From a candidate division FCPU426 bacterium (GTDB lineage: Bacteria; Oederibacteriota; Muellerivitia; Muellerivitales; Muellerivitaceae), in NCBI GenBank assembly GCA_963796105.1, contig CAWCKJ010000011.1:1-64000 (forward strand): a DNA stretch of 64,000 bases, read 5' to 3'. A model generated the notes under the pieces. The model saw only the letters and a list, made by a program, of their open reading frames with translations, ran no database searches and had not been told where the DNA came from. The position numbers were made by a program, and so were the translations under genes. Numbering within the stretch: position 1 is the first letter of the stretch; each line of letters opens with the position of its first letter. Shown here piece by piece: positions 33,201 through 42,549 of this stretch.

Positions 33201-35216
33201 GCTATTGGTGGGCGTGGAAGTAGGAGTTGTCGTCGGAGTGGGTGTAGGCGTACGGGTGGGAGTGGGGGTTAAAGTATTGGTTGGCGTAGGAGTAGGGGTT
33301 GTCGTCGGGGTGGGAGTAGGCGTATTCGTGCTGGTGGGAGTGGGGGTCCTGGTTGAGCTGGATGTGGGGCTATTGGTGGAGGTTGGGGTAGGGGTGGGTG
33401 TGGAAGTGGGGGTAGGAGTTAGGGTTCTTGTCGGCGTATTCGTGGGGGTGGTTGTGGGGGTAGGTGTTGGTGAATTCGTCATGGTATTGGTGGGTGAATT
33501 GGTTGGAGTGGGGGTCGGGGTACGAGTGGGAGAAGGAGTGGGGGTGCTGGTTTGTGTCAAAGTAGGGGTATTGGTGGGTGTGGGGGTGGGTGTCCTAGTT
33601 GGGGTGGATGTGGGGCTATTGGTTGGCGTTGCCGTCTGGGTGTTAGTGGGACTGTTAGTGGGGGTATTGGTACGGGTAGGGCTAGGTGTCGGCGAGACGG
33701 TGGGGGTAGCTGTTGGAGTTGGTGTTGATGTCCTGGTGGGTGTTGGCGTTGGGGTCACTGTGGGGGTGGGGGTAGGAGAAACCGTATTCGTTGGGCTGGG
33801 AGTGGGGGTCCTCGTGGGCGAATTCGTGGGAGTGGGTGTTTGGGTAGAGGTCGGGGTATTCGTACGGGTGGGGGTTAAAGTGGGTGTGGACGTAAATGTA
33901 TAGGTGTAAGTATAGGTGGAGGTGCGTGTGAAGGTCGGTGTCATCGCGACCGTCGGGGTGTAGGTATAAGTATAAGTGGGCGTATAGGTATATGTACGAG
34001 TGAAAGTCGGTGTATTGGCGACCGTTGGAGTGTAGGTGTAAGTGTATGTAGGAGTCAGGGTTGGAAGGGTGAAAGTAACACAGGAACTGGCGCTACCCCC
34101 ATTCCAAGCCACACCGCTGCAATTGGGAATGGGAGTTCCGGCGTTATCAGATGTGTAATAATTGATTCCCGTTCCAAACGAAAGGGTCACGCAAGAATTC
34201 CCCGGGAAATAACCCCCAAGATACATGAATGTAAGCGGGTTACCATTTCTAAAAAAACTGACAGCACCCACGGATTCAGTAGGTACCGGGGTTAAATTTG
34301 CGATCCCGATATAGTAAATCGACAACATGGTGCTTGCGTTATCGTTGATTGTAACTGGTGCGCTAGCCGCCTGGCCCTTGTTGCAAACCGCCACGCAATA
34401 AGTGACTGCGACATTACTGGCTCCGATGACCGGACCCCCGCAAAAAGTTTTATTGATGGTGAAACTGGTCGGTCCCAAGGGGGTTTGGGTGGCAGGAAGC
34501 GTGGTGCATTGGCGAAAATATAGGATTCCGCAGCTTCCATTTCCTCCTCCTCCACCTGTAGCTTGCCATGAGACCCACGGAACAATAGCCCCCGTGATGG
34601 GATTGTGAACTGGTTGTGAATAGATGGTGCCAGCGTCGCTGTAAACTGTCCAAGTAAAAGGGTTTGATCCTGGATTGTAAACGGGGGAAGTCCAAGCATT
34701 ATTGCTACCGTCATTGCCAGGAGGACCCGTTGAAGTGCCACATGTGCCCGTCCCATCACCTGCGGCACCCGGGTCATAATAGAGCGATGGAGTGGTCGTG
34801 GCATCGGTGATGACCGAATGGGCACCGCTTGAGCAGGTCACGTCCAATACCCAGGAGGAGTAAAGAAAACCGGCCGAGGTATTTGTGGTAGCGATAGATA
34901 AGCACACAGTTTGCCCCAGGTTGAAATCGCTTGTAGGAACGTTCAAGCATGCCGGCGGGCAGGAGCCGGTACCGTCCCAATTGCAATACATCTGCGTGCC
35001 GATATCAAAACCATTCAACCAAATGTGGCTGTTATCGTCCCCGCTTACGCAGATCTTGGCCGAGGAAGGCGTGCACTGGGCCCAGGTTCTTCCAGGATCG
35101 GAAAAGTTAAGAAAAATAATCAAGAAAACCGGGAAACAATAAGTCAACAGGGTACTTAAACCGGTTTCAACATCAAACAAACCCAGAAAGGTTAGATTTT
35201 TCCGTTTGAAGGCCAT
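30207..35216 (-). CDS. Mucin-like secreted protein E (1669 aa), first gene of a probable E-D-C operon
   Basis: Signal segment ending TWA-Q; head [23 protein letters not shown]-x stalk; conserved tail; gaps of 54 and 35 bp to the downstream paralogues. Confidence 0.92.
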   Translation of the reverse strand: MAFKRKNLTFLGLFDVETGLSTLLTYCFPVFLIIFLNFSDPGRTWAQCTPSSAKICVSGDDNSHIWLNGFDIGTQMYCNWDGTGSCPPACLNVPTSDFNLGQTVCLSIATTNTSAGFLYSSWVLDVTCSSGAHSVITDATTTPSLYYDPGAAGDGTGTCGTSTGPPGNDGSNNAWTSPVYNPGSNPFTWTVYSDAGTIYSQPVHNPITGAIVPWVSWQATGGGGGNGSCGILYFRQCTTLPATQTPLGPTSFTINKTFCGGPVIGASNVAVTYCVAVCNKGQAASAPVTINDNASTMLSIYYIGIANLTPVPTESVGAVSFFRNGNPLTFMYLGGYFPGNSCVTLSFGTGINYYTSDNAGTPIPNCSGVAWNGGSASSCVTFTLPTLTPTYTYTYTPTVANTPTFTRTYTYTPTYTYTYTPTVAMTPTFTRTSTYTYTYTFTSTPTLTPTRTNTPTSTQTPTPTNSPTRTPTPSPTNTVSPTPTPTVTPTPTPTRTSTPTPTATPTVSPTPSPTRTNTPTNSPTNTQTATPTNSPTSTPTRTPTPTPTNTPTLTQTSTPTPSPTRTPTPTPTNSPTNTMTNSPTPTPTTTPTNTPTRTLTPTPTSTPTPTPTSTNSPTSSSTRTPTPTSTNTPTPTPTTTPTPTPTNTLTPTPTRTPTPTPTTTPTSTPTNSPTLTPTNSPTSTPTRTPTPTPSPTPTNTPTPTPTTTPTPTPTNTLTPTPTRTPTPTPTTTPTPSPTATPTRTPTPTPTNTPTSTPSPTPTMTPTPTPTSTPTRTPTTTPTPTNTSTPTITPTPTPSPTGTQSPTNTPTITPTRTPTPTPTNTPTVTPTSTPTSTPTRTPTPTATPTPTLTPTSTPTPTPTLTPTPTPTSTPTRTPTPTPTSTPTLTPTATPTSTSTSTPSATPTNTPTRTPTPTLTSTPTLTPTSTPTNTSTSTPTPTRTYTPTTTPTPTSTPTPTITPTPTNSPTGTQSPTNTPTITPTKTSTPTPTNTPTVTPTPTPTNTPTQTPTPTSTSTPTRTPTPTPTNTSTMTPTATPTNTSTSTPTYTSTSTPTRTPTPTATNTSTSTPTATSTPTPTITPTPTNSPTGTQSPTNTPTITPTKTPTPTPTNTPTATPTFTPSNTPTNTSTSTPTATPTYTPTATSTFTPTSTPTRTPTPTATSTSTSTPTPTPTNTPTVTPTPTSSPTGTQSPTNTPTNTPTFTATPTSTNTPTSTSTATNTSTPTSTPTATATSTPSYTPTPTSTPTSTPTPTFTSTPTVTPTPTSSPTGTQSPTNTPTNTPTFTATPTSTNTSTSTSTATNTSTPTATDTSTPSYTPTPTFTPTDTSTDTATFTSTNTPTPTSTPTPTLTPTPTSTDTSTETPVFTYTPTSTPTDTLSPTPTSTPTETYTATDTPTQTYTYTATHTPTDTNSPTQTYTSTSTFTATDTSTPTNTPTQTFTPTSTNTPTDTNTATNTNTPTNTYTSTNTPTDTNSPTQTYTSTSTFTPTNTWTSTNTATSTNTPTDTATPTTTKTPTNTFTSTSTPTATSTLTSTPTPTATITDTLTWTSTPTVTPTPTATSSVTQVPTWTPTVDYFTVTKNVFKGGGDPVSIFVGTTQYPGPFELNIYNSAGEHIKTLDSRFLEAPYEKSYYWDGTNKYGDTCASGVYLFYLTEPMDRKTKRVIFIR

Positions 35217-35611
35217 TTCAAACCTGAGAATAATTAAAATTCAGGCGAGTTTAGGGGAAAATAGGGTCGAAATAGGTGCGTTTATGGAATTCGGCAAGCA
35301 GATGCTAAATCGTTTTAAATTGCTTTAACTCCATAGGTCACAAATCAAAAAAAGCGCTTCCCCCATAAAAACTCATCTGTTTAATGAAATTATATCCCTG
35401 CATTCGTATCAAAGGTCCTTGGGGGGGAATATAAATTGTGTTTTCAATTCTATATTATTGCTTTTTATTTCTTTAACCTAATCTTTAAAAACCGTTTAAA
35501 TGTCACCATATTATGCTCAACAATTGAATCGAACGAAGACCGATCTAATAAAAAAAGGGATGAAAAAGGGGGGAATCTGATAAAAACACAGGTCTTAAGC
35601 TTGGTGGGTTT

Positions 35612-37360
35612 TCAAAATAAAATTTCTCTTAATTTGTCCGGAACACTCTCCCGGATCAATTCGTAAACCTCACCGGCGGTGTTTCTCTTGAGAGCCCCTA
35701 GGGCGATCTGCTTGGCTTTCTCATAGGGCATCAGGCGGATGACCTTCTTCACCTCGGGAATTACCGAGGGGGACACAGACAACTCATCAAGACCCATTCC
35801 CAGCAAAAGGGGCACGAATTGTGGATCTCCCGCCATTTCCCCGCACATTCCCACCCATTTGCCTTGTTTATGGCAAGCCTCCACCGTCATCCGGATCAGC
35901 CTGAGAATCGCCGGATTTAAGGGCTCATAAAGATAGGCCACTGCCTCGTTCACTCGGTCCACAGCCATGGTGTATTGGATCAAGTCGTTAGTCCCAATGG
36001 ATAAAAAGTCGGTTTCCTGTATCAAAAGATCCGCCATGATGGCAGCGGAAGGGATTTCAATCATGGCCCCCACTTCGATGTCCTTCCGGTATTTTAATCC
36101 TTCCCTTTCAAGCTCACCAGCGCACTCCCTTAAAAATCCTTTGGCTTGTCGGATTTCATCTACCGTAGCCACCATGGGGAACATAATCTTGAGGGGTCCA
36201 TGAACCGCAGCTCTAAGAATAGCCCTGAGCTGGGGCTTGAATAGATCCGGCCTTTTCAAACAAAGACGGATGGCCCTCAATCCCAAGAATGGATTCATCT
36301 CATGGAAGGGATTGACCTGGGATAGAAACTTGTCACCCCCCAGGTCCAAAGTCCGGACAATGGCCGGATTCACCCCAGTCCGCGACGCCAGCTGCTTGTA
36401 GGCTTCGTATTGTTCCTCTTCTGTGGGGATGTTCCCCCGGTCCAAAAAAAGGAATTCCGTTCGAAAGAGTCCGATTCCCTCGGCGCCATGCTTGAGAATC
36501 TCATCCAACTCTATGGGAATTTCGATATTGGCGGCGAGGGTAATGCGATGACCATCAGTGGTAGAAGCGGGCAAAGCCCGTAACTTATCCAGGCTTTTCT
36601 GGAAGGTTTCGTAATTTTCCTTCAAGCGCTGGTACTGTTTCAAGGTCTGGGGATTAGGGTTGATGACGACCAAACCTTTGTTACCGTCCAGGATGACTAA
36701 ATCCCCATTTTGAGCCTCCGAGGTGACATTTGGAGTTCCGACAATCGAAGGCAAACCAATCGAGCGGGCCACAATGGCGACATGGGATGTCCGTCCGCCG
36801 ATCTCAGTGCAAAAGCCCTTCACACGGTCAGGAGGCAAAGTGGCTGTGTCCGAGGGGGTCAAATCGGAGGCTAGCACGATGACCTCGTGGTCCAATTGGC
36901 CGAGAAGATTCTTCTCGTTTCCGGTCAGGTTTTTCAAGACTCTGTCGGCAACGTCCTGAATGTCGCCTCCCCGCTCGCGAAAAAAAGAATCCTCTACGGA
37001 AGCGATCACCCTTTGGAATTTTTCCAGGGCCTCGATCAGGAGATGCTCGGCGTTCAAACGGCGCTTGAGAATGGCGTCTGGAATTTCCTCCAGGAAAAGG
37101 GGATCGTCCAAAACAATCTGGTGGGCCTGGAAAATCGCCGAATGCTCCTCCCCGAGCTTTTCCTTCATCCGGCCCTCAAGTTCCAGAATCTGTTCCCGGG
37201 TCAATTTCAAGGCCTTTTGGTACCGGCTCAACTCCTGGTCGACCTCCTCCGCCCGCAAGCTTCTACGGGGAATGGTAAAACCCACCGGGTGATATAGATA
37301 CGCTGGCCCGATGGCGATACCGCCGGAAGCCGCAATCCCGTTGAAAATCTTCTCCGCCAC
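35612..37360 (-). CDS. ptsI: Phosphoenolpyruvate-protein phosphotransferase (PTS enzyme I)
   Basis: GGRTSHVAIVAR phospho-His motif, GIGLFRTEFLF, DLGGDK, NPFLGLRAIR, SIGTNDL, CGEMAGDP. Confidence 0.97.
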   Translation of the reverse strand: MAEKIFNGIAASGGIAIGPAYLYHPVGFTIPRRSLRAEEVDQELSRYQKALKLTREQILELEGRMKEKLGEEHSAIFQAHQIVLDDPLFLEEIPDAILKRRLNAEHLLIEALEKFQRVIASVEDSFFRERGGDIQDVADRVLKNLTGNEKNLLGQLDHEVIVLASDLTPSDTATLPPDRVKGFCTEIGGRTSHVAIVARSIGLPSIVGTPNVTSEAQNGDLVILDGNKGLVVINPNPQTLKQYQRLKENYETFQKSLDKLRALPASTTDGHRITLAANIEIPIELDEILKHGAEGIGLFRTEFLFLDRGNIPTEEEQYEAYKQLASRTGVNPAIVRTLDLGGDKFLSQVNPFHEMNPFLGLRAIRLCLKRPDLFKPQLRAILRAAVHGPLKIMFPMVATVDEIRQAKGFLRECAGELEREGLKYRKDIEVGAMIEIPSAAIMADLLIQETDFLSIGTNDLIQYTMAVDRVNEAVAYLYEPLNPAILRLIRMTVEACHKQGKWVGMCGEMAGDPQFVPLLLGMGLDELSVSPSVIPEVKKVIRLMPYEKAKQIALGALKRNTAGEVYELIRESVPDKLREILF

Positions 37361-37416
37361 TAGGGCCTCCTAATGATCATTTGAGCCTCTTTTTCGCCCG
37401 AAACCGTTAATGAATC

Positions 37417-37689
37417 TCACTCTTTTTCACCAAATTTCTGAGCCACCAGTTGTTTCAAGGCCGCAAGGGCCCCTTTGGCGTCCTCTCCCTCCACGCGGAA
37501 CTCAAGTTCGGTTCCCTTGGCGGCGGCCAGGGTCATCAAGCCCATTAAGCTTTTCGCGTTGACATTTTGGACGCCGTGGTGAATGGTGATTTGGCATTTG
37601 AATTTGTTGGCGACCTTCACCAGCTCAGCCGCGGCCCTTAAATGCAGCCCCAATTTATTGACAACGGTTACTTTATCACTCAATTTCAC
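37417..37689 (-). CDS. ptsH: Phosphocarrier protein HPr
   Basis: GLHLRAA (His15) and NAKSLMGLMTL (Ser46); adjacent to ptsI. Confidence 0.95.
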   Translation of the reverse strand: MKLSDKVTVVNKLGLHLRAAAELVKVANKFKCQITIHHGVQNVNAKSLMGLMTLAAAKGTELEFRVEGEDAKGALAALKQLVAQKFGEKE

Positions 37690-37699
37690 AGGCGCCCTT

Positions 37700-38587
37700 T
37701 CACTTCATCATGGCCGGGGGATTCGCGTTGGAAACCCCCGGGGATAAACCGCCCATGGCGGGCGGTGAGCTTAAATCCGGCCAAAAAGCCAGCATCAGAG
37801 CGAACAAAACGACAGTATAAAACATCTGGGACGGGCTTATCTTCCGATGCAATGCAAAACTGAATAGCCCCACAATCGCGCCAAAGAAAGTCAATTTAAG
37901 CGCGAAAAGTCCCGGCTCCTTGTCCAAATCCGATAAATTTACCATGACAATCAACACCGATAGAAGCAATAGGGACGCAACCTTTAAACCCCTGATGGCG
38001 TCCTGAAAACCATATCGGCGCAGGCTCAAGACCACCTGATCCCCCTTATTGTAACCTTGGATAAAGCCTAAGAGGCGGATTCCAACATGAACCACGTTGA
38101 AAACCAAGAGATAGAGCAATGGAACAATCCAGAACCGGCCCCTGAATTGAAAAGCATGGGACAAAACCAGGGTAATGGCGATCAACCCGCAATAAGGGCG
38201 CAAGGTGGCCCAAAAAAGATTATCCCCCATTCCAGCCAGCGGGCCCATCATGCCTACTTTCAGGGCGCTAATTTCCTCATCTCTCAGTTTATGTTTGTAG
38301 CGAGGTTCCGAATATTTGTCCTCTTCCATCCTAATGACCGCCCCCAGAAGGAAGGAAGCCATGTAGGGGTGGGTATTGAAATAATCCATGTGGCGTGCCA
38401 GGGCCTGCCCCCTTTCTTCCGGCGGGCAAGTCCTCTTCAGGACTGGAATAAGTATGAAAGCAAAACCATAACTTAAATATCTTTCGAAATTCCATACAAC
38501 TTGTATGAAAAAGGTGCGGATAAAGGCGGAGGTCAGGGTCACCCAACCCAGCTTGAATTTTTCCTTGGGTTTTTCCTCCTGTGTCAC
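37700..38587 (-). CDS. PTS mannose/fructose/sorbose family EIID
   Basis: WNFER...GF, H..YFNTHPY, K.GMMGPLAGMGDNLFW; probable GTG start at 38587 overlapping the IIC stop (GTGA). Confidence 0.92.
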   Translation of the reverse strand: MTQEEKPKEKFKLGWVTLTSAFIRTFFIQVVWNFERYLSYGFAFILIPVLKRTCPPEERGQALARHMDYFNTHPYMASFLLGAVIRMEEDKYSEPRYKHKLRDEEISALKVGMMGPLAGMGDNLFWATLRPYCGLIAITLVLSHAFQFRGRFWIVPLLYLLVFNVVHVGIRLLGFIQGYNKGDQVVLSLRRYGFQDAIRGLKVASLLLLSVLIVMVNLSDLDKEPGLFALKLTFFGAIVGLFSFALHRKISPSQMFYTVVLFALMLAFWPDLSSPPAMGGLSPGVSNANPPAMMK

Positions 38588-39354
38588 GCGGATTCCCCTT
38601 TCCCCATGAAAAAGAGAGTTGCCACAAAACCAGCCATAAGGGACATGGCCACAAGCCAAACTTCCTGAACCTGCAAAACAAGGGCCAATGTCAGGAGCGC
38701 TGCGATGGAGAGGACTAACCAAAGTATGTTTTTCTTTTCCACCACTAGGTCGATGACCGCCGAGCAACCCAACGCCAGGAGAAGCCAGTTGGCGTAATAA
38801 AGGCCCTCAATGACCCGCGGAGGCAAACCATGGAAAATCCCGGTGGTGCAATGCTCTATGAAAAGACACCCGGCGGTCAAAAAGAAACCCTTCAGGAATA
38901 GCTCGAAAATGACGATATGGTTCACCCATTCGAATGACCTCAACCGCGAGTTCATGGCCATGCGCTGGGCGAAATGAACCCAGCGGACATGAAATTTTCG
39001 GAGGATTATTTCCGCTTGCGTGCAAACGGCGGACAAGGGGATCGCGACACCCAAAGCGTAAGTCACCGCCGCCTCCTTCGGGCAGGGTCCATCAGCGAGT
39101 TCGGAAGCGAAGGCCACCGACAAACCGGCCAGCATGGATAGATCCAGCGGCAGGTGCGCCCCCACGGGCACATCTCCCAACCAGATGAGTTCCACGAGCG
39201 CCCCCAATTCCAGGCCCAGGTCCGCATGTCCGGTCAGTAGCCCCACCAAGGGTCCCACCACAATGGGCCGTGAAACCATGAATTGGCCTACCGCCGAAAC
39301 ATCCAGGCTCAAAAAGGCGAGAAGGAGCGATATGGACAACCAATGAGACATCAA
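38584..39354 (-). CDS. PTS mannose/fructose/sorbose family EIIC
   Basis: GQFMVSRPIVVGPLVG...GLELGALVELIWLG.VPVGA; hydrophobic. Confidence 0.92.
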   Translation of the reverse strand: MMSHWLSISLLLAFLSLDVSAVGQFMVSRPIVVGPLVGLLTGHADLGLELGALVELIWLGDVPVGAHLPLDLSMLAGLSVAFASELADGPCPKEAAVTYALGVAIPLSAVCTQAEIILRKFHVRWVHFAQRMAMNSRLRSFEWVNHIVIFELFLKGFFLTAGCLFIEHCTTGIFHGLPPRVIEGLYYANWLLLALGCSAVIDLVVEKKNILWLVLSIAALLTLALVLQVQEVWLVAMSLMAGFVATLFFMGKGESA

Positions 39355-39385
39355 GTTCCTTAATCCTCCTTTAGTATCGGCAACA

Positions 39386-41551
39386 TCAATTTCCTATTTC
39401 TTTCAATTCCATCGCGATGCGTCTTTTAAACGATTCCCCGGGTTTCAACCCGATTTCCCAACCCAGCAGGAGACAGGAGCCTTGGTAAACACGCTCAAAG
39501 CCCCCCTCGGACTGGGAAATAGTCTCAACCGGATATCTCCAAAACTTAGCAGGCTTCTCGGTTTTAAAATTCACCTCAATCCCCAGCCAACCGTCCCTCA
39601 TGCCCATTTCCTGGACATCCGACTCCGCGCCCGTGCTGTTGAGTCTCGGATAAGTCAGGTTCCTGCCCGCCACGAAATAATTCCGGTCGGGAGCGTCCCC
39701 GGCCAGTAGGGTAAGGTTCCATTCGACCATCCAGAGAATTCGAAGATCCCGGTTCCCTCGGTTGATTAATGTGTAGTCCCCTTCCATGCCAAATTCTCCT
39801 GGCGCGAACTCGAGCTTTTTCTCCAGATCCAGGAGAACCCCATCCACCAGGCCCTGCCGGGTCATCTCGACGGTAAGATTGGCCCCTTTGCGCTTAGGTT
39901 CCAGCACTTTGAAATCAAATGGATTCTTCCGAAAATCGGAAAGATCCACAGCCCGAGCGGCCCAAAGATCCTCAGGGGTGGATTGAGTGGAATAAAAGCG
40001 GTCCACCAAGCTGACGCGGCGGTCTGAATCATAAAAAAGCCGGTTTTCCAGGCCTTGCTCCTTGGCCCTGAGAAGGTCATGGATACTGGACACAGCCCCT
40101 CCGCCTTGGTTCTGGCGGGCCATCTCCAAAAGCCGCGAATGGTACGCCTCTTTCCGGCGCGTGAGAGTATCGCAAAGATTGATTGGACGCTTGAGGTAAT
40201 CCAGTTCGGTTAAGCTGCCGCCAGCAGAGGGTTCCAATACCGCGTGATATCCTTCCGTGGAGATCAGTATCTCGTCCTTGCCGTCCTTGTTGAAATCCGA
40301 GATTTCCGTCCGGAAACCCTTGGACGGATGGGCCAGGACGGAATCAATAAGAATTTCGGCCTCGATCAGATTTTGATAAAGAGCGAACCGCAGATGGTTC
40401 AAATAAAGGCCACCAAAAACCCCGTGCCAATAGGCGCAATTGCACTGACCCCGGTAAAGAGCCCTCTCAGCTTTATCCAATAGGGCTTTTTGTTTAGGAT
40501 TTTCCTTTTTTCCCGGGGTCCGCCGGGCTTCCATGAGTTTGTTGGACACCCAGAGCAATTTTTTATGGAGATGGTTGCTCTCATCGTATTTCGTGAGGAA
40601 ATTCCTCCAAATTCCGCCTTTTAGGAACCGGTCAAAACGGGGCAGTTGTCCGTTGTCTTTTAATTCATGGCGGATATTCCCATACTCCCTGGAAGCCTCC
40701 ACCGGGAGGGACCACTCCCCCATCTCGGTATAGGAACCGGTGGGAAGGCTCAAGCGGCCTTGGGGCCGGTGTGTCGAGGCGAACTCGGAAAAAGTGGCGC
40801 ATTGAAGCCAGGAGGAGTTCTGTTCCAGCATGGTAAGAAACTTTTCCAGATATCCTTCCTCATAAACCCATTTGTAAGTGTCCGGCCATCCGCCGAACTT
40901 TTCCCCGTCGTCCATGAGAATAAGGCATCGATCTCCTTCCTCAGTGGCGATGGATTGGAAATATTGCAGGCTTTCCTCCACCGAGCGGAAAGGCATCAGG
41001 TAGCGCATTTTCTCGGAAATGGGAAATACCGCGCAGGTTTCCCCCTGCTCTTCCATCAAGTAATAAGAAAAAGTCTCTTCTTCCGTCAGCCCCACCGCCT
41101 TGAAATGCGCGTCGTCCACGACGACATAGCGCACGCCCGCCTCGGCGAGGGGTTTTGTCAAATGAGGCTCCCAGACCCGCTCGGCCATCCACATCCCCTT
41201 GGCTTCCGCCTTAAATTTATTCCGCAAATACCCTGTCATCATTTGGATTTGGCCGACCTTGTCCCTGTCGGGAAGAATGGAAAGGATGGGCTCGTACATG
41301 CCCCCGGTGAAAAACTCAATCTGGCCCCGGTCGGACATCTCCCGCAGGATTTGGATGTACTCCTGGCGGTTTTGCTCCAGCCATTCCAAAAGCGGCCCCG
41401 TGATATGAAAGGTGCATTTGATTGAGGGGTGGCGGTTCAACACTCTCAAAAAAGGTTCATAGGATTGCCGGTAAAGGGCCTCAAACACCTGTCCGAAATT
41501 ACCCACCGGCTGGTGGTTATGGACCCCGAAGATAAAGGTTATTTTTTTCAT
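39386..41551 (-). CDS. GH57 alpha-amylase/4-alpha-glucanotransferase with C-terminal DUF1925/1926-type domains
   Basis: HNHQPVGN, YEPIL, GMWMAERVW (nucleophile Glu), DDGEKFG (acid/base Asp), QCNCAYWHGVFGGLY, SQSEGGFERVYQG. Confidence 0.92.
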   Translation of the reverse strand: MKKITFIFGVHNHQPVGNFGQVFEALYRQSYEPFLRVLNRHPSIKCTFHITGPLLEWLEQNRQEYIQILREMSDRGQIEFFTGGMYEPILSILPDRDKVGQIQMMTGYLRNKFKAEAKGMWMAERVWEPHLTKPLAEAGVRYVVVDDAHFKAVGLTEEETFSYYLMEEQGETCAVFPISEKMRYLMPFRSVEESLQYFQSIATEEGDRCLILMDDGEKFGGWPDTYKWVYEEGYLEKFLTMLEQNSSWLQCATFSEFASTHRPQGRLSLPTGSYTEMGEWSLPVEASREYGNIRHELKDNGQLPRFDRFLKGGIWRNFLTKYDESNHLHKKLLWVSNKLMEARRTPGKKENPKQKALLDKAERALYRGQCNCAYWHGVFGGLYLNHLRFALYQNLIEAEILIDSVLAHPSKGFRTEISDFNKDGKDEILISTEGYHAVLEPSAGGSLTELDYLKRPINLCDTLTRRKEAYHSRLLEMARQNQGGGAVSSIHDLLRAKEQGLENRLFYDSDRRVSLVDRFYSTQSTPEDLWAARAVDLSDFRKNPFDFKVLEPKRKGANLTVEMTRQGLVDGVLLDLEKKLEFAPGEFGMEGDYTLINRGNRDLRILWMVEWNLTLLAGDAPDRNYFVAGRNLTYPRLNSTGAESDVQEMGMRDGWLGIEVNFKTEKPAKFWRYPVETISQSEGGFERVYQGSCLLLGWEIGLKPGESFKRRIAMELKEIGN

Positions 41552-41604
41552 TTCATTTCCTTGAACGGCTCACTTGATGAAACCGGTGCTGTGAGGCAAG
41601 CAAA

Positions 41605-42090
41605 TTAACCCCTCAACTCCGGAATATATTTCTCTAAATTCTCGCGCATATCGCCCGGAACCGCGCGCATCTCCAATTCCACGCCGTGCGATTTCAAACC
41701 CTGGAAAGCCAAAATGTCATTCTCATCAACGCATACGGTTTTCGCGACTTGCTTTTTCCCCTCGCAGAAGTGCATTCCTCCTACGTTGACAGAGGTGAGA
41801 GATCCCCCTTTCTCGCTGAAAGAAAGTACATCCGACGGTTTCGAGAACAACAGCAAGGCGCGCTCTTTGGCGGTAGATTCCTTGCTAGTTTCCGCGGCCT
41901 GTTCCACAGTCCAGAACGCGACCTTTAAGCCCGATGGCACGGCCATTTGCATGAGGTTTTTTTGCATGGTGTTTATGGCGATGGCGTCGTTAACGACGGC
42001 CAAGAGCTCGATATCCAGGGCCTTGACCCAGCCCACAACCACCTGTCCATGGATGAGGCGGTCGTCGACTCGTATCAATTGAATATCCAT
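41605..42090 (-). CDS. PTS mannose-family EIIB
   Basis: IRVDDRLIHGQV, VNVGGMH. Confidence 0.95.
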   Translation of the reverse strand: MDIQLIRVDDRLIHGQVVVGWVKALDIELLAVVNDAIAINTMQKNLMQMAVPSGLKVAFWTVEQAAETSKESTAKERALLLFSKPSDVLSFSEKGGSLTSVNVGGMHFCEGKKQVAKTVCVDENDILAFQGLKSHGVELEMRAVPGDMRENLEKYIPELRG

Positions 42091-42115
42091 CGGTCCCTCC
42101 CTCTTTTACCCTCGA

Positions 42116-42532
42116 TTACTCCATGCCGCCTGTTTTCTTATGCAAATCCTCGGTCGTCACGATACCCTCGCGGGCGGCTTTTTGAACGTCGTTCATCAGG
42201 GCTTCCAAGTCGGATGCGTCCCTGTGAGATATGATCTTGATGAGCATTGGAAGGTTGAGTCCCGTGATCACACGTATTTTTTTCCTGCGGGCCATCTGCA
42301 CCGCGACGTTAAAGGGAGTCCCGCCCAACATGTCGACCAGCACGAGCGCTCCCTTGTCGGCGGGGTCCGCGTCTAAGAGGGCCTTATCGAGTTTTTCTTG
42401 GAAAGTTTCCAGCGAATCCTCCGATAAAAGAGTGGCTGATTTCACCCCCGAATCGTCCCCCATGATCATCCGAAGGGTTCCTAGAAGCGAGTTTCCGAAA
42501 TCACCATGCGTGGCTATGACTATTCCGATCAT
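42116..42532 (-). CDS. PTS mannose-family EIIA
   Basis: IVIATHG, LVDMLGGTPFN, TGLNLPML. Confidence 0.95.
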   Translation of the reverse strand: MIGIVIATHGDFGNSLLGTLRMIMGDDSGVKSATLLSEDSLETFQEKLDKALLDADPADKGALVLVDMLGGTPFNVAVQMARRKKIRVITGLNLPMLIKIISHRDASDLEALMNDVQKAAREGIVTTEDLHKKTGGME

Positions 42533-42549
42533 TTTATCCCTTTCCTTCC

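Noticed and set aside
2317..33903. Dozens of plus-strand Val/Gly-rich ORFs (e.g. 12873-13886, 27796-28875, 32830-33903)
   Set aside because: They are antisense shadows of ACN/CCN (Thr/Pro) codons in the real minus-strand genes.
800..34060. Ice-nucleation or antifreeze beta-solenoid (TxT motifs)
   Set aside because: No fixed 8/16/48-residue period or AGYGST motif, and high Pro content argues against a beta-solenoid.
5386..35216. Diversity-generating retroelement (TR/VR pair) explaining the near-identical 3' ends
   Set aside because: No reverse transcriptase in the window; all copies lie in full-length genes; differences are mostly wobble changes and not adenine-specific; the variable part is N-terminal.
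5386..35216. Shufflon or invertible locus
   Set aside because: All paralogues are co-oriented, each has its own start and signal peptide, and no recombinase or flanking inverted crossover sites were seen.
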